From Bacteroidaceae bacterium (GTDB lineage Bacteria; Bacteroidota; Bacteroidia; Bacteroidales; Bacteroidaceae), in the NCBI GenBank assembly GCA_017612875.1, contig JAGAEZ010000038.1, positions 1-52,037 of the forward strand: a stretch of DNA of 52,037 nucleotides, written 5' to 3'. Shown one piece after another: positions 41,413-52,037 of the stretch. How positions within the stretch are numbered: position 1 is the first letter of the stretch; the number at the start of each line of letters is the position of its first letter. Position numbers and translations under genes: made by a program. Under the pieces are notes generated by a model. That model had not been told where the DNA came from and ran no database searches. It worked only from the letters and a program-made list of their open reading frames with translations.

Positions 41413-42813
41413 ATGTCGGGAACTGAACTGATTACTAAATGGGATGCTTGTCTGGATTTCATTCGGGACAATGTTACAGAGGCCGTATTCAACGCCTGGT
41501 TCACCGTCATTAAACCTATATCCCTTGAAGCCGGAGAACTTACTGTGCAGGTTCCGAGCGCCTTTGTCTATGAATATCTGGAACAGAACTGCCTTGAAGT
41601 GTTCAAAGCTGCCCTCACGAAAGTGTTCGGACGCGGCACAAGACTGATGTACAGTATTCTCACTGACAAAGAGAACGAATTGACACAGGACATCAGTTCA
41701 ACCAATTCACCCTCATCGGGAATAAAGGGGACCAGGGAGAGTGGCAACAATTCTCCCTCGGCTACTGATGCTGCTCTTGTCCAGGATCTTAACCCGCAGC
41801 TGAATCCGAAATATCTCTTTGAAAACTTTGTGGAGGGAACAAGCAACAAGCTTGCCAGAACCGCAGGGGAGACAATTGCACAGAACCCGGCTAAATCCGC
41901 CTTCAACCCTCTCTTCATTTACGGCTCATCCGGTGTCGGCAAAACCCACCTGGTCAATGCCATAGGAATGAAGATCAGAGAGCTGCATCCTGAGAAAAGG
42001 ATACTCTACATATCCGCACACCTGTTCCATGTCCAGTATGTCGATGCTGTAAGGAACAACAACGTCAATGACTTCATTCATTTCTATCAGACCATTGATG
42101 TCCTGATAATAGATGACATGCAGGAACTGGCCGGCTATGTCAAGACACAGAACACTTTCTTTCACATCTTCAATCATCTGCATCTGAACCACAAGCAGCT
42201 CATCATGACCAGTGACCGTCCTCCCAAGGACCTGAAGGATCTGGAAGAGAGACTTATCACACGGTTCAAATGGGGACTTGTCGCAGAACTGGAACATCCG
42301 GATCTTGAACTCCGCAAGGATATACTGCGTGACAAGACACGCCGTGACGGTCTCAGGTTCCCCGAACAGGTGATAGACTATATTGCGCAGAATGTGACGG
42401 ACAATGTACGTGACCTTGAGGGTGTGATCGTATCCATAATGGCTCACGCAACCATTTATAGGAAAGAGATTGATCTTGAACTGACCCACGAAGTTCTGGA
42501 AAAGAGCCAGCACCGCGAAAAGAAGCCGATTACGATTGAAGGGATAATCAACAAGGTTTGTGATTACTACAATATCTCCGCTGATTCCATACAGACAAAA
42601 TCGCGGAAACATGAAATTGTACAGGTAAGACAGATAAGCATGTACCTTGCCAAGAAATATCTCGATTACTCCACAACGAAAATCGGTTCCTATATCGGAA
42701 AACGCGACCATGCCACGGTATTGCATGCCTGCAACATGGTCAGAGACCAGATACAGGTTGACAGGAATTTCAAAAGTGATGTCGAGAATATAGAAAGCAG
42801 CCTGCAATGCTGA
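41413..42813 (+). CDS. dnaA: Chromosomal replication initiator protein DnaA
   Basis: The 466-aa ORF has Walker A GSSGVGKTHL, box VII and sensor motifs, and the C-terminal DNA-binding domain ..RQISMYLAKKYLDYSTTKIGSYIGKRDHATVLHA.. Confidence 0.97.
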   Translation: MSGTELITKWDACLDFIRDNVTEAVFNAWFTVIKPISLEAGELTVQVPSAFVYEYLEQNCLEVFKAALTKVFGRGTRLMYSILTDKENELTQDISSTNSPSSGIKGTRESGNNSPSATDAALVQDLNPQLNPKYLFENFVEGTSNKLARTAGETIAQNPAKSAFNPLFIYGSSGVGKTHLVNAIGMKIRELHPEKRILYISAHLFHVQYVDAVRNNNVNDFIHFYQTIDVLIIDDMQELAGYVKTQNTFFHIFNHLHLNHKQLIMTSDRPPKDLKDLEERLITRFKWGLVAELEHPDLELRKDILRDKTRRDGLRFPEQVIDYIAQNVTDNVRDLEGVIVSIMAHATIYRKEIDLELTHEVLEKSQHREKKPITIEGIINKVCDYYNISADSIQTKSRKHEIVQVRQISMYLAKKYLDYSTTKIGSYIGKRDHATVLHACNMVRDQIQVDRNFKSDVENIESSLQC

Positions 42814-42840
42814 CCGCATTACAGGCTGCTTTCTTTCAAA
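42792..42840. terminator. Long hairpin terminator between convergent dnaA and folB
   Basis: AGAAAGCAGCCTGcAATGC-tgacc-GCATTaCAGGCTGCTTTCT forms 18 of 19 bp. The left arm contains the last dnaA codons; its TGA stop lies in the loop. T-rich sequence follows. Confidence 0.7.
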
Positions 42841-42869
42841 CAATGACCTACTCCATTCACCGGAACCTG

Positions 42870-43241
42870 TTACCGGCGTAACGAGAGTGTAAACGACGAT
42901 TCGTCACAAACGGCACCGACCGGTGGATTCTCCTTTATCACAGTGACAGTCATGGACTGGATCCTTTCACCGAAACATCTTTCCAACTCTGACGCAATCC
43001 TTCCTGCGACATGCTCAATCAGCTTGGAAGGTATCTCCATCTGCTGTTTTATGACCGAAGCTACCCGAGCATAGTTGACAGTATCGTTAAGACTGTCTGA
43101 ATCCATCGAACTCCTGACATCAGCACATATATCGACATTAACCCTGTACCAGGCTCCCGTGACGGCCTCCTGCACTTCCGCACCATGATAGGCGTAGAAG
43201 CGCAGGCCGTTCAGCGATATTGTCTGTCCTATGATCTTCAT
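42870..43241 (-). CDS. folB: Dihydroneopterin aldolase
   Basis: MKIIGQTISLNGLRFYAYHGAEVQEAVTGAWYRVNVDI.. is typical of FolB. I trimmed the start to the ATG at 43241, which removes the overlap with nrdJ. Confidence 0.85.
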   Translation of the reverse strand: MKIIGQTISLNGLRFYAYHGAEVQEAVTGAWYRVNVDICADVRSSMDSDSLNDTVNYARVASVIKQQMEIPSKLIEHVAGRIASELERCFGERIQSMTVTVIKENPPVGAVCDESSFTLSLRR

Positions 43242-43252
43242 GACGAAACAGG

Positions 43253-45826
43253 TTACCCGCAGCGTGAAGAGCCGCAATTCTTGCATATAAGGCATCCCTC
43301 CTGATAAACGAGGGATTCAGAACCGCAATTGGGACACTTCTCTCCCTTCACCGCCGTTCCGTCCTGGACATATTTCTTCAGGGCGCGTTCCACACCGTTC
43401 TTCCAGTTATTGATGTTCTCCGAACCCAGATCAAGAGAGGCAATGAGCTTCATGCAGAGATCTATGGGCATCTGATAACGGAGGACACCGGAAATCAGCT
43501 TGGCGTAGTTCCAGTACTCCTTGTCGAATTTTTCCGACAAGCCCTCGATTGTGACCTTGTAACCTCGTTTATTCGTGAACTGGAAGTCATAACGCTTGTT
43601 TCCGTTGTCATCGATGTTTTTTATTATCCAACCCTTTTCTACCGTTTTAGGAAGCACTATTCCTTCCTCGTCATCCTGCAGACCGGTAAATATCTCATAC
43701 GGACGGCCGTCAAGCAGTCCCACGAAAGCGACCCACTTCTCCTTGTTGTTCTGAAAACGCACCACATCGGCTTCAAGGACCTTGGGGCGGGTCTCCACGA
43801 CCTGGCGCGGCTCGCAGTCACACGGAGCGAAAACCGCGTCTTTAGCAACCTCCTTCTTCTCTTTCTTCTCACTCTTGGCATCAATCAGCACACCGTCACG
43901 CGAACCGTCGCGATATACGGTGCAACCCTTGCAGCCGCTTTTCCATGCCTCGATATAGAGCTGGTTGACAAGATCCTCCGACACATCATTGGGAAGGTTG
44001 ATGGTCACACTGATGGAATGATCCACCCACTTCTGCATGCGGCCCTGCATCTTTACCTTGTTCACCCAATCGACATCCTGTGCTGTGGCCTTGTAATATG
44101 GGGAACGGGCCACAAGCTCATCCACCTCCTCCGGAGTGAATTTCTGTGCCGGATTGATACCGTTAACCATCATCCACTCCACGAACTTGTGGTGGAAGAC
44201 GATGAATTCCTCGAATGCATCGCCGCTCTCATCCACAAAAGTGACGTTTGCATTCTCGTCATCACGGTTCACCTTGCGGCGACGCTTATAGACGGGCATG
44301 AATACCGGCTCCAGACCCGATGTGGTTTGGGTCATGAGACTTACAGTCCCGGTAGGAGCGATTGTCAGGCAGGCAATGTTGCGACGGCCGTATTTCTTCA
44401 TGTCGGCGTACAGTGCAGGATCCGCCTCCTTCAGGCGGAGTATGAACGGGTTTTTCTGTTCGCGCTTCCAGTCAAAAATCCCGAATGCGCCACGTTCCTT
44501 TGCCATCTCGACCGAAGAGCGATAGGCTTCAAGAGCCAGAGTACGCTGCACCTTCTCAGCAAACTCAGTAGCCTCATCCGTTCCGTAACGAAGTCCCATT
44601 GCGGCCAGCATGTCGCCCTCGGCAGTGATGCCCACACCGGTGCGGCGTCCCATGGTGCTCTTGCGCATTATCTTCTCCCACAGACGCTTCTCGGTATGCT
44701 TGGTCTCATCGTCCTCAGGATCACTGGCTATCTTGGCCTGAATCATTTCGATCTTCTCTATTTCAAGGTCGATTATATCATCCATGATGCGCTGTGCCAT
44801 TGCCACATGTTTCTTGAAGAGATCAAAATCGAATTCCGCTTCGGGAGTAAAAGGCTTTTTTACGTAAGAATAGAGGTTTATGGCAAGCAGGCGGCAACTG
44901 TCATATGGACAAAGAGGTATCTCACCGCAGGGATTGGTGCTGACGGTGCGGAATCCCAGGTCGGCATAGCAGTCCGGAACAGACTCGCGCAGTATCGTAT
45001 CCCAGAACAGCACACCCGGCTCGGCCGATTTCCATGCGTTATGCACTATCTTCTTCCAAAGCTGGCCGGCATCGATTTCCTTGGAATAAACAGGATTACT
45101 GGAATCAATAGGATAAGTCTGAATGTATTTCTGCCCTGAAATGGCGGCGTTCATGAAATCGTCATCTATCTTGACCGAGACATTGGCGCCGGTAACCTTG
45201 CCGCTGGTCATCTTGGCATCGATGAAAGACTCGGAGTCAGGATGCTTGATGGAAACACTCAGCATCAAAGCTCCTCTGCGACCGTCCTGCGCCACTTCGC
45301 GGGTTGAATTGGAGAAACGCTCCATGAACGGAACGAGTCCTGTTGAAGTGAGAGCCGAATTCTTGACCGGAGAACCCTTGGGACGTATGTGTGAAAGGTC
45401 ATGTCCCACGCCTCCGCGACGTTTCATGAGCTGCACCTGCTCCTCGTCAATCTTCATGATGGCACCGTATGAATCAGCAGGGCCCTCGTTACCTATCACG
45501 AAACAGTTTGAAAGGGATGCGATCTGGTAATTGTTTCCTATTCCGGTCATGGGACTTCCCTGAGGAACGATATACCTGAACCCCTTCAGCAGTCCATGCA
45601 GTTCCTCAGCGGACAAAGAGTTGGCATACTTCTTCTCCACCCTTGCAATCTCATTGGCGATCCGCCAATGCATGTCATCCGGAGTCTTCTCATAGATGTT
45701 ACCGTATGAATCCTTTACGGCATACTTGTTAACCCACACTTTGGCAGCCAGTTCATCACCCCCAAAGTACTCTACAGAGGCTTTGAAAGCCTCATCAAAT
45801 GTGTAAGTCTGTTTCCCGTCAGTCAT
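43253..45826 (-). CDS. nrdJ: Adenosylcobalamin-dependent ribonucleotide reductase (class II)
   Basis: About 857 aa. It has the RNR barrel motifs (..SNCFV.., ..NPCGEI.., ..STMGRRTGVG..) and a C-terminal zinc ribbon, CPNCGSESLVYQEGCLICKNCGSSRCG. The ORF-track start is GTG at 45862, and the first ATG is at 45826. Confidence 0.92.
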   Translation of the reverse strand: MTDGKQTYTFDEAFKASVEYFGGDELAAKVWVNKYAVKDSYGNIYEKTPDDMHWRIANEIARVEKKYANSLSAEELHGLLKGFRYIVPQGSPMTGIGNNYQIASLSNCFVIGNEGPADSYGAIMKIDEEQVQLMKRRGGVGHDLSHIRPKGSPVKNSALTSTGLVPFMERFSNSTREVAQDGRRGALMLSVSIKHPDSESFIDAKMTSGKVTGANVSVKIDDDFMNAAISGQKYIQTYPIDSSNPVYSKEIDAGQLWKKIVHNAWKSAEPGVLFWDTILRESVPDCYADLGFRTVSTNPCGEIPLCPYDSCRLLAINLYSYVKKPFTPEAEFDFDLFKKHVAMAQRIMDDIIDLEIEKIEMIQAKIASDPEDDETKHTEKRLWEKIMRKSTMGRRTGVGITAEGDMLAAMGLRYGTDEATEFAEKVQRTLALEAYRSSVEMAKERGAFGIFDWKREQKNPFILRLKEADPALYADMKKYGRRNIACLTIAPTGTVSLMTQTTSGLEPVFMPVYKRRRKVNRDDENANVTFVDESGDAFEEFIVFHHKFVEWMMVNGINPAQKFTPEEVDELVARSPYYKATAQDVDWVNKVKMQGRMQKWVDHSISVTINLPNDVSEDLVNQLYIEAWKSGCKGCTVYRDGSRDGVLIDAKSEKKEKKEVAKDAVFAPCDCEPRQVVETRPKVLEADVVRFQNNKEKWVAFVGLLDGRPYEIFTGLQDDEEGIVLPKTVEKGWIIKNIDDNGNKRYDFQFTNKRGYKVTIEGLSEKFDKEYWNYAKLISGVLRYQMPIDLCMKLIASLDLGSENINNWKNGVERALKKYVQDGTAVKGEKCPNCGSESLVYQEGCLICKNCGSSRCG

Positions 45827-45890
45827 TATTATGTAGCAATTAGAATCAGCGCAGAAAAACACAACCGGTCAATCGAACCGGAAGCCACCA

Positions 45891-45898
45891 CAAAAATA
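45891..45898 (-). promoter_or_regulatory. Candidate -7 box TATTTTTG upstream of nrdJ
   Basis: The minus strand gives a perfect TAnnTTTG match 65 nt upstream of the ATG at 45826. Confidence 0.4.
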
Positions 45899-46000
45899 GT
45901 CAATGAATATCAAAAAGAATACAATTTGCAAAAAATAATTTATAAACAGACACCAAGTTGTCCGTTTTGCAAATACAAAGCACTTTATATTAATCATTTA

Positions 46001-46054
46001 AAAAATCAACAAACAGCAAAAGTTTTCCGAAACGGAAAACTTTTGCTGTTTTTT
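46001..46054 (-). terminator. Strong hairpin terminator downstream of the GH94 gene
   Basis: A perfect 16-bp stem, CAGCAAAAGTTTTCCG-aaa-CGGAAAACTTTTGCTG, spans 46014-46048. It is flanked by T-rich sequence on both strands. Confidence 0.8.
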
Positions 46055-46112
46055 GTCCCCCATCCGTGAGGAAAAGGAGCTGCCGGATACAGTCTCCCTA
46101 AGGACAAAGGCA

Positions 46113-48551
46113 TCACATTTCAGCAGTCACATGAACCACCGTACCGGAAGGGAATATCGGAACCGTATTACCTTCAATCCTGTTTCCGTTTACAATCAGC
46201 CGTTTTATGCCTTTTTGCGATGAATTCAGGTTGACCACCTTTATAATATACTGCGCTCCCCTGAAACGGCGGTTCACAGTGTAGCCCTTCATTCCGGACT
46301 CTATGCAGGGATCTATCAAAAGTCCGTCGTAAGTCGGCTTGATACCCAATATGAACTGGGTCACCGCGTACCAGTTCCATGCTGCCGTTCCGGTAAGCCA
46401 TGAGTTCTTTCCTTCGCCCGGACGGGAAGCATCCTTTCCTGCCACCATCTGCGAATAGACGTACGGCTCCACTTTATGAAGGGTCTGGTCCTTGATATAC
46501 GCCGGGCATATCTTGCGCCAGTACCCGACTGCGGCATTGCCGTTTCCACATACTGTCTCGCCTATTATCACCCACGGATTGTTATGACAGAATATGCCGG
46601 CATTCTCCTTATATCCCGCCGGATAACTTGAGATCTCACCATATTCTATATAATAGCGAGTGAAAGCTGGGTTGTTCAATACTATTCCATGCTCAGAATC
46701 AAGACGTCTCCTGACGGAATCCAGAGCCTTGCCGCACAGTCCCTCCTCAAGACCTATCCCTGCCATCGTGCACCAGCCGTTGGACTCGATGAAAATCTGC
46801 CCCTCCTCATTCTCACAGGAGCCTACCTTGCGACCGTAATAATCATACGCCCGCAGGAACCATTCTCCGTCCCAGCCATATCTCCTGACGGCTTTCACCA
46901 TATCATCAATATGACCCTGTGCACGGTCCGCCTCATCGTTCCTGCCCGTATAACGGCAGAGCTCCACGTAATCGCGGCCGCTGAACACGAAAAGGCCGGC
47001 TATCATGAGGCTCTCAGCCTTACTGCCTTCCGTCTTGTTCTCTGTCGTCTGGAAGCTTTCATCCGGATCGTTCGAGAAACAGTTCAGGTTCAGGCAGTCG
47101 TTCCAGTCGGCACGTCCGATAAGCGGCAGTCCGTGAGGTCCAAGATTGTTCACCACATGGTCAAATGAAACGGTAAGGTGCTCAAACAGACTCTTTTCAC
47201 TGCCGGGTACATTGTCGAACGGAACAGGCTCATCCAGGATACTGAAATCACCGGTCTCGCGCAGATATCCTGTGACGCCGAAAATGAGCCACATCGGATC
47301 ATCGTTGAATCCTCCGCCGATACCGTCATTGCCGCGTTTGGTAAGAGGCTGATACTGGTGGTAGCAGCCACCGTCCGTGAATTGGGTGGACGCGATGTCG
47401 ATGATACGTTCCCTGGCTCTTCCGGGTATCTGATGCACGAAGCCTATCAGGTCCTGGTTGGAATCACGGAATCCCATTCCACGTCCTATGCCGCTCTCAA
47501 AGAAGGAAGCACTGCGTGAAAAACAGAACGTTATCATGCACTGATACTGGTTCCAGATATTCACCGTCCGGTCTATGCGCTCGTCACCGCTGTTTACCGA
47601 AAATATGCTTAGCAGGTCATCCCAATATCCGGCAAGACGGTCAAACTCGGCATCGACCTTTTCCGCTGTGTCAAGACGTGACAGCGTCTCACGGGCAGGA
47701 CGTTTGTTTATAACCCCCTTGCTCTCCCACTTCTCCTCCTGAGGATTCTCGACATATCCCAGGACGAATATCAGGTCCTTGCTCTCGCCCGGTTTCAGTT
47801 CCAGCTCGATATAGTGGGAAGCTATCGGTGACCAGCCATGCGCCACGCTGTTGCGGGGACGGCCTTCCATCACCGCATCAGGGGCATCAAACCCGTTGTA
47901 TAAGCCAATGAACGATTCGCGGTCCGTATCGAAACCCTGGACCGGCACATTGACCGAATAGTAGGCGTAATGGTTACGGCGCTCCTTGTACTCGGTTTTA
48001 TGGTAAATCACTGAGCCTTCAATCTCCACCTCACCCGTAGAGAAATTCCGCTGGAAGTTCTCCATATCGGTCGAGGCATTCCAAAGGCACCATTCCTGGA
48101 AGGAGAACAATTTCAGCCGTTTGACTCTGTCGCTGCCATTGTACAGGGATAGTTTGTGGACCTCGGCCCAGGTCCTTAATGGGACGAACATCAGGACCTT
48201 GGCTGTCACACCGTCCTTCCGTCCCTCTATTCTGGTATAGTTCATGCCATGACGGCACTCGTAAAAGTCAAGAGGAGTCTTGCAGGGTTTCCATCCCGGG
48301 TTCCATACCGTATCACCGTCCTTTATGTAGAAATACCTGCCTCCGGCATCCATGGGAACCCCGTTGTAACGGTATCTGGTGATTCTGCGGAACTTTGCAT
48401 CCTTGCAGAAACTGTATCCTCCGGCTGTATTTGACACCAGGCCAAAGAAATCCTCTGTGCCAAGGTAGTTGATCCATGGCCATGGAGTGCAGGGATCAGT
48501 TATGACATACTCCCTGGACTTGTCATCGTAATGTCCGTATTCCTTAGTCAT
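46113..48551 (-). CDS. Cellobiose phosphorylase (glycoside hydrolase family 94)
   Basis: The 812-aa ORF is collinear with characterised cellobiose phosphorylases. Matching segments include [86 protein letters not shown] and [11 protein letters not shown]. Confidence 0.93.
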   Translation of the reverse strand: MTKEYGHYDDKSREYVITDPCTPWPWINYLGTEDFFGLVSNTAGGYSFCKDAKFRRITRYRYNGVPMDAGGRYFYIKDGDTVWNPGWKPCKTPLDFYECRHGMNYTRIEGRKDGVTAKVLMFVPLRTWAEVHKLSLYNGSDRVKRLKLFSFQEWCLWNASTDMENFQRNFSTGEVEIEGSVIYHKTEYKERRNHYAYYSVNVPVQGFDTDRESFIGLYNGFDAPDAVMEGRPRNSVAHGWSPIASHYIELELKPGESKDLIFVLGYVENPQEEKWESKGVINKRPARETLSRLDTAEKVDAEFDRLAGYWDDLLSIFSVNSGDERIDRTVNIWNQYQCMITFCFSRSASFFESGIGRGMGFRDSNQDLIGFVHQIPGRARERIIDIASTQFTDGGCYHQYQPLTKRGNDGIGGGFNDDPMWLIFGVTGYLRETGDFSILDEPVPFDNVPGSEKSLFEHLTVSFDHVVNNLGPHGLPLIGRADWNDCLNLNCFSNDPDESFQTTENKTEGSKAESLMIAGLFVFSGRDYVELCRYTGRNDEADRAQGHIDDMVKAVRRYGWDGEWFLRAYDYYGRKVGSCENEEGQIFIESNGWCTMAGIGLEEGLCGKALDSVRRRLDSEHGIVLNNPAFTRYYIEYGEISSYPAGYKENAGIFCHNNPWVIIGETVCGNGNAAVGYWRKICPAYIKDQTLHKVEPYVYSQMVAGKDASRPGEGKNSWLTGTAAWNWYAVTQFILGIKPTYDGLLIDPCIESGMKGYTVNRRFRGAQYIIKVVNLNSSQKGIKRLIVNGNRIEGNTVPIFPSGTVVHVTAEM

Positions 48552-48556
48552 ATCAT

Positions 48557-49912
48557 CTATTTCTTGAGCGGGAACTTAAAGGCAAGGAATCCCATGACCA
48601 AAGCTATGACGGCAGGGATCAGTGAGAACAGCGACCAGACCATGGTACGCACGGAATCTGTCACTGATGCCGGGTCTATCACGGAATTGCCGAATTCATC
48701 GGGAATCATGCGTGCTCCGGCCAGTCCGAGAAGCAGTGCAATGAGCGAACCGGATATGGCTCCTCCCAGTTTCTGCGCCATCGTGCCGGATGAGAAAATC
48801 AGTCCTGTCGATGAAGTGCCGAACTTTTCAGTGGCGAAATCTGCCACATCGGCATACATGGACCACAGAAGCGGCGAATAGAGGCCCACTCCCACAGAGG
48901 TCAGGATGACAACGGCCACCATAAGCCAGATATACTTAGGATCCATCGGAATGAAGAAAAACAGCACGGAGAACACCATACATATAACTGAAGCCCATAC
49001 AAAAGCCTTACGCTTGGAGCCGATCCATGCCGCGAATCCGGGCGACATGCCTCCGAATATCATGCATGTCACCTCGCCGAACGCCATGAGTACGGTGTAA
49101 TTGATAATCAGGCCGCCGACAGTAACGTCACCTCCAAGGCAATACGAGATCATATAGCCTGCCACGGCATAGCGGAAGCCGTTGAAGAAATTTGTGCAAA
49201 GACCTATCAGAGTGAGATAAATCCAAGGCTTGTTACGGAACAGGTCCGCAAACTGACGGAATGAGTATTTCTCTGCACGGACAGGTTTCAGACGCTCTTT
49301 TGTAAGGAGTCCGCAGACAAGCGTCATGGCAGCCGCTGTCACGCCGAATATAACACCGAGAACAGCATACTGGTGGGCATCCGTGCCGCCCACCATTCTC
49401 TGCAGGTACGGGAATGAGAGCAGCGTGATGAATCCCATCGCATACGCACCGACCATACGGTATGAAGAGAACTGGTTCTTTTCATTGTCATCATCGGTCA
49501 TCACTCCCAACAGGGAACCGTAAGGTACATTTACCATGGTATAGACAGCCATCATGAGCAGATAGAGGATATATGCATATACCCGCTTGCCGACAGGCCC
49601 CAGGTCAGGGGTGAAAAGCAGAAGAGCGAAAACCAGTCCGAAAGGAATCGCTCCGAATATCAGCCAGGGACGGTATGTCCCCCAGCGCGACTGCGTGCGG
49701 TCAGCCAGACTGCCCATCAAAGGGTCGGTAACCACATCAAAGAGTCTGGCCACAAGCATCAGGGCTGCAGCATCGGCAAACGTCAGTCCGAACACATTGG
49801 TAAAGAAAAGCGGGAAAGCGATGGACATGATCTTCCATGTTATTCCACCGGCAGCGGCATCGCCAAGGGCGTATGCGATCTTTTCCCTGACGGGAATCTT
49901 AGATGAACTCAT
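48557..49912 (-). CDS. Glycoside-pentoside-hexuronide (GPH):cation symporter family transporter (MelB-like MFS)
   Basis: The 451-aa ORF has 12 predicted TM helices and the GPH signature region ..[25 protein letters not shown]... It ends 5 nt upstream of the GH94 gene. Confidence 0.85.
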   Translation of the reverse strand: MSSSKIPVREKIAYALGDAAAGGITWKIMSIAFPLFFTNVFGLTFADAAALMLVARLFDVVTDPLMGSLADRTQSRWGTYRPWLIFGAIPFGLVFALLLFTPDLGPVGKRVYAYILYLLMMAVYTMVNVPYGSLLGVMTDDDNEKNQFSSYRMVGAYAMGFITLLSFPYLQRMVGGTDAHQYAVLGVIFGVTAAAMTLVCGLLTKERLKPVRAEKYSFRQFADLFRNKPWIYLTLIGLCTNFFNGFRYAVAGYMISYCLGGDVTVGGLIINYTVLMAFGEVTCMIFGGMSPGFAAWIGSKRKAFVWASVICMVFSVLFFFIPMDPKYIWLMVAVVILTSVGVGLYSPLLWSMYADVADFATEKFGTSSTGLIFSSGTMAQKLGGAISGSLIALLLGLAGARMIPDEFGNSVIDPASVTDSVRTMVWSLFSLIPAVIALVMGFLAFKFPLKK

Positions 49913-50012
49913 TGTTTTTATCGATTAACTGGTTAATAATATTCATTTTTACTGATTAAAATGATTAATTCCGGCAGTCTGTCTCTTGACTTCAGATGCA
50001 GGCACGACCGTT

Positions 50013-51020
50013 TCATTTCAACATATCATCAATCGCTGACAACTCCTCCCTGCTGAAGGAGGTGTTCCCGACTGCCTTGATGTTGGCCATAAGCTGTTCA
50101 GGCGAACTGGCTCCGGTAAGCACCGAGGTCACCAGTCCGTCCTTCAGGAGCCATGAAAGCGCCATTGCCGAGAGGGTCTGGCCGCGTCCGGACGCAATCC
50201 GGTCCAGACCTTTGATGCGTTCCGTAAGGTCTGGAGTGAGAACATCCTTCTTGAGAAAGAAATTACGTGCCATACGGGAGCGCTCAGGTATTCCGTTCAT
50301 ATATCTGTCTGTCAGAAGTCCCTGCGCGAGCGGGGAGAATGCAGTGAATCCCACCCCGTAACCGGCACAGGACTTGAGGATACCCGACTCCTCTACATGC
50401 CTGTCGAGCAGGTTGTAACGTCCCTGATAAACCAGGCAAGGCGCATCGTGGCTTCGGAGATAGCTGAACGTGAAGTCAAGAGTTTCCTGAGGATAGTTCG
50501 ATATACCTATATATAGAGCCTTGCCGCTGCGGACAATGTCAACCAAGGCCTGGAGAGTCTCCTCAAGCGGAGTGAGAGGGTCGTATCTGTGGGAATAGAA
50601 CAAATCGACATACTCTATCCGCATACGCTTCAGGCTCTGGTCGAGACTGCTGAAAAGATACTTCCTGGAGCCCCAGTTTCCGTACGGGCCAGGCCACATG
50701 TCATAGCCGGCTTTCGTGGTAATGAACAGCTCATCCCTGTATCGCCGGAACGAGCTGTCCATTATCCGTCCGAAATTTTCTTCGGCTGACCCGTATTCAG
50801 GGCCATAGTTGTTAGCCAGGTCAAAGCAGGTGATGCCGTTGTCGAATGCGCAACGTGCTATTTCCTGTGCAGTCTCGAAGTTGTCAACACTTCCGAAATT
50901 ATGCCACAGTCCAAGAGAGACTGCCGGCAGTTCAATTCCGCTCCTGCCGCACCGGACATATTTCATCCCGTTTACGTAACGGTCCGGGGCGGCGCAATAA
51001 AGAGAATGGTCCATACACAT
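50013..51020 (-). CDS. Aldo/keto reductase (YghZ / L-glyceraldehyde-3-phosphate reductase-like)
   Basis: The 335-aa ORF reads ..YVRCGRSGIELPAVSLGLWHNFG.. and ..FDLANNYGP... The N-terminus is collinear with E. coli YghZ. Confidence 0.88.
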   Translation of the reverse strand: MCMDHSLYCAAPDRYVNGMKYVRCGRSGIELPAVSLGLWHNFGSVDNFETAQEIARCAFDNGITCFDLANNYGPEYGSAEENFGRIMDSSFRRYRDELFITTKAGYDMWPGPYGNWGSRKYLFSSLDQSLKRMRIEYVDLFYSHRYDPLTPLEETLQALVDIVRSGKALYIGISNYPQETLDFTFSYLRSHDAPCLVYQGRYNLLDRHVEESGILKSCAGYGVGFTAFSPLAQGLLTDRYMNGIPERSRMARNFFLKKDVLTPDLTERIKGLDRIASGRGQTLSAMALSWLLKDGLVTSVLTGASSPEQLMANIKAVGNTSFSREELSAIDDMLK

Positions 51021-51059
51021 AATCGGTCAAGCGTAATACATGTCAGCCGGCAGACGGAA

Positions 51060-52037
51060 TCAATCCGCGACAATGGGCTTATATCTGGGTACAAGCAGTT
51101 TCATCACCGTCCAGCCAATCAAGTAGGCGACAGCACAGATACAGAACACAATCATATATCCGGCCTCCTTACCCTCAAACCCGAGGAAAGTAAAAGCCGA
51201 ACCCAGGGCATCACTCTTAGTAAACAGCATGCCGGCACCCTTGTTAATCATAAATGATGCCAGACCACCCATGGTAGTACCCACACCGGTAATTGTTCCG
51301 ATAGTTGACTTGGGGAACATATCACCAATGGTAGAGTAAAGGTTAGCCGACCAAGCCTGATGTCCGGCGCCGGCCAGACCGATGATGATTGCGGGGAACC
51401 ACGCGCTGTACTTGGCCAGAGGCTGTGCAAAAAGCGCCAGCAACGGGAAGAATGCAAATATCAGCATAGCCTTCATACGGCCGGGATAAGGCTCCATACC
51501 CTTTTTCTCAACAAAGTATTTGGGCAGATAACCTCCACCTATGCTTACCACAGTAACGATCAGATAAAGCACGAAAATCAGTTTGATAGCCATTGCAGAG
51601 TCTGAACGGTAGCCGAACCTGTCTGAGAAGTATGCAGGTGCCCAGAAAAGGAAGAACCACCAGACACCGTCTGTAAAGAACTTTCCGCAGATGAATGCCC
51701 ATGTCTGACGGAAAGTGAAACACTTGAAGAAAGGAATAGACTTCTCCTCCTTAACCGGCTCGGCAGCCTTGGCTGCAGCCAGCCCGGCAGCATCATCCTG
51801 ATGTATGTATTCCAGTTCAGCCTGGTTCACGAACCTGGACTCCTCAGGTTTACGGTAAAGTCCGAACCAGAAGAACATCCATACAAAGCCCAGCGCACCG
51901 ATGATGATGAATGCCATCTCCCAACTGGTGGCGGCAGCCAACGGAGGGATGCAGGCGGGAGCAGCCAGCGCACCTACCGATGCACCGGCATTGAATATTG
52001 AGGTTGCAAAAGCGCGGTCCTTCTTGGGGAAATACTC
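51060..52037 (-). CDS. MFS transporter, hexuronate/anionic sugar (ExuT-like) family; 5' end lies outside the window
   Basis: The reading frame stays open to the window edge (..EYFPKKDRAFATSIFNAGASVGALAAP..). This is typical of ACS-family MFS transporters. The ATG at 51941 in the ORF track is internal. Confidence 0.7.
   Translation of the reverse strand, partial: EYFPKKDRAFATSIFNAGASVGALAAPACIPPLAAATSWEMAFIIIGALGFVWMFFWFGLYRKPEESRFVNQAELEYIHQDDAAGLAAAKAAEPVKEEKSIPFFKCFTFRQTWAFICGKFFTDGVWWFFLFWAPAYFSDRFGYRSDSAMAIKLIFVLYLIVTVVSIGGGYLPKYFVEKKGMEPYPGRMKAMLIFAFFPLLALFAQPLAKYSAWFPAIIIGLAGAGHQAWSANLYSTIGDMFPKSTIGTITGVGTTMGGLASFMINKGAGMLFTKSDALGSAFTFLGFEGKEAGYMIVFCICAVAYLIGWTVMKLLVPRYKPIVAD

Overview
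This 52-kb window looks like core chromosome from a Bacteroidales-type bacterium. The evidence is about 50% GC, repeated matches to the Bacteroides TTTG / TAnnTTTG promoter consensus, lipoprotein-rich envelope genes, and GH97/GH2/GH94 glycan genes. I call 37 protein genes and one tRNA-Arg(CCG). They include ilvD(3' end)-ilvB-ilvN-ilvC and a minus-strand envelope cluster (coaX, OM barrel, TPR, lptC, CNNM/hemolysin, ppiD). Next come lysS-gpsA-pgi-HAD, a GH97 gene, a CotH-kinase family gene, a Na/Pi cotransporter, ung, asnA, an lptD-like gene and a GH2 beta-galactosidase. The rest are a three-gene envelope operon ending in an amidase-SPOR gene just upstream of dnaA, then folB, class II RNR nrdJ, a GPH transporter with GH94 cellobiose phosphorylase, an aldo-keto reductase and a partial hexuronate-type MFS transporter. 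I found no CRISPR array, integrase, transposase or recognisable defence or toxin module, so I cannot support a claim of a novel multi-gene system. The unexplained signals are mostly non-coding. (1) Two inverted copies of a 90-100 nt hexamer-periodic palindromic element abut the ilvB and ilvN stop codons. (2) A roughly 290-bp nested inverted repeat lies between cotH and the Na/Pi transporter. (3) A roughly 30-nt motif recurs at four promoter-proximal sites. On the protein side there is a DUF4105-membrane-phosphatase-like ORF with an internal signal peptide. There is also a membrane protein coupled to a CXXCH-bearing PD40 lipoprotein and an amidase.
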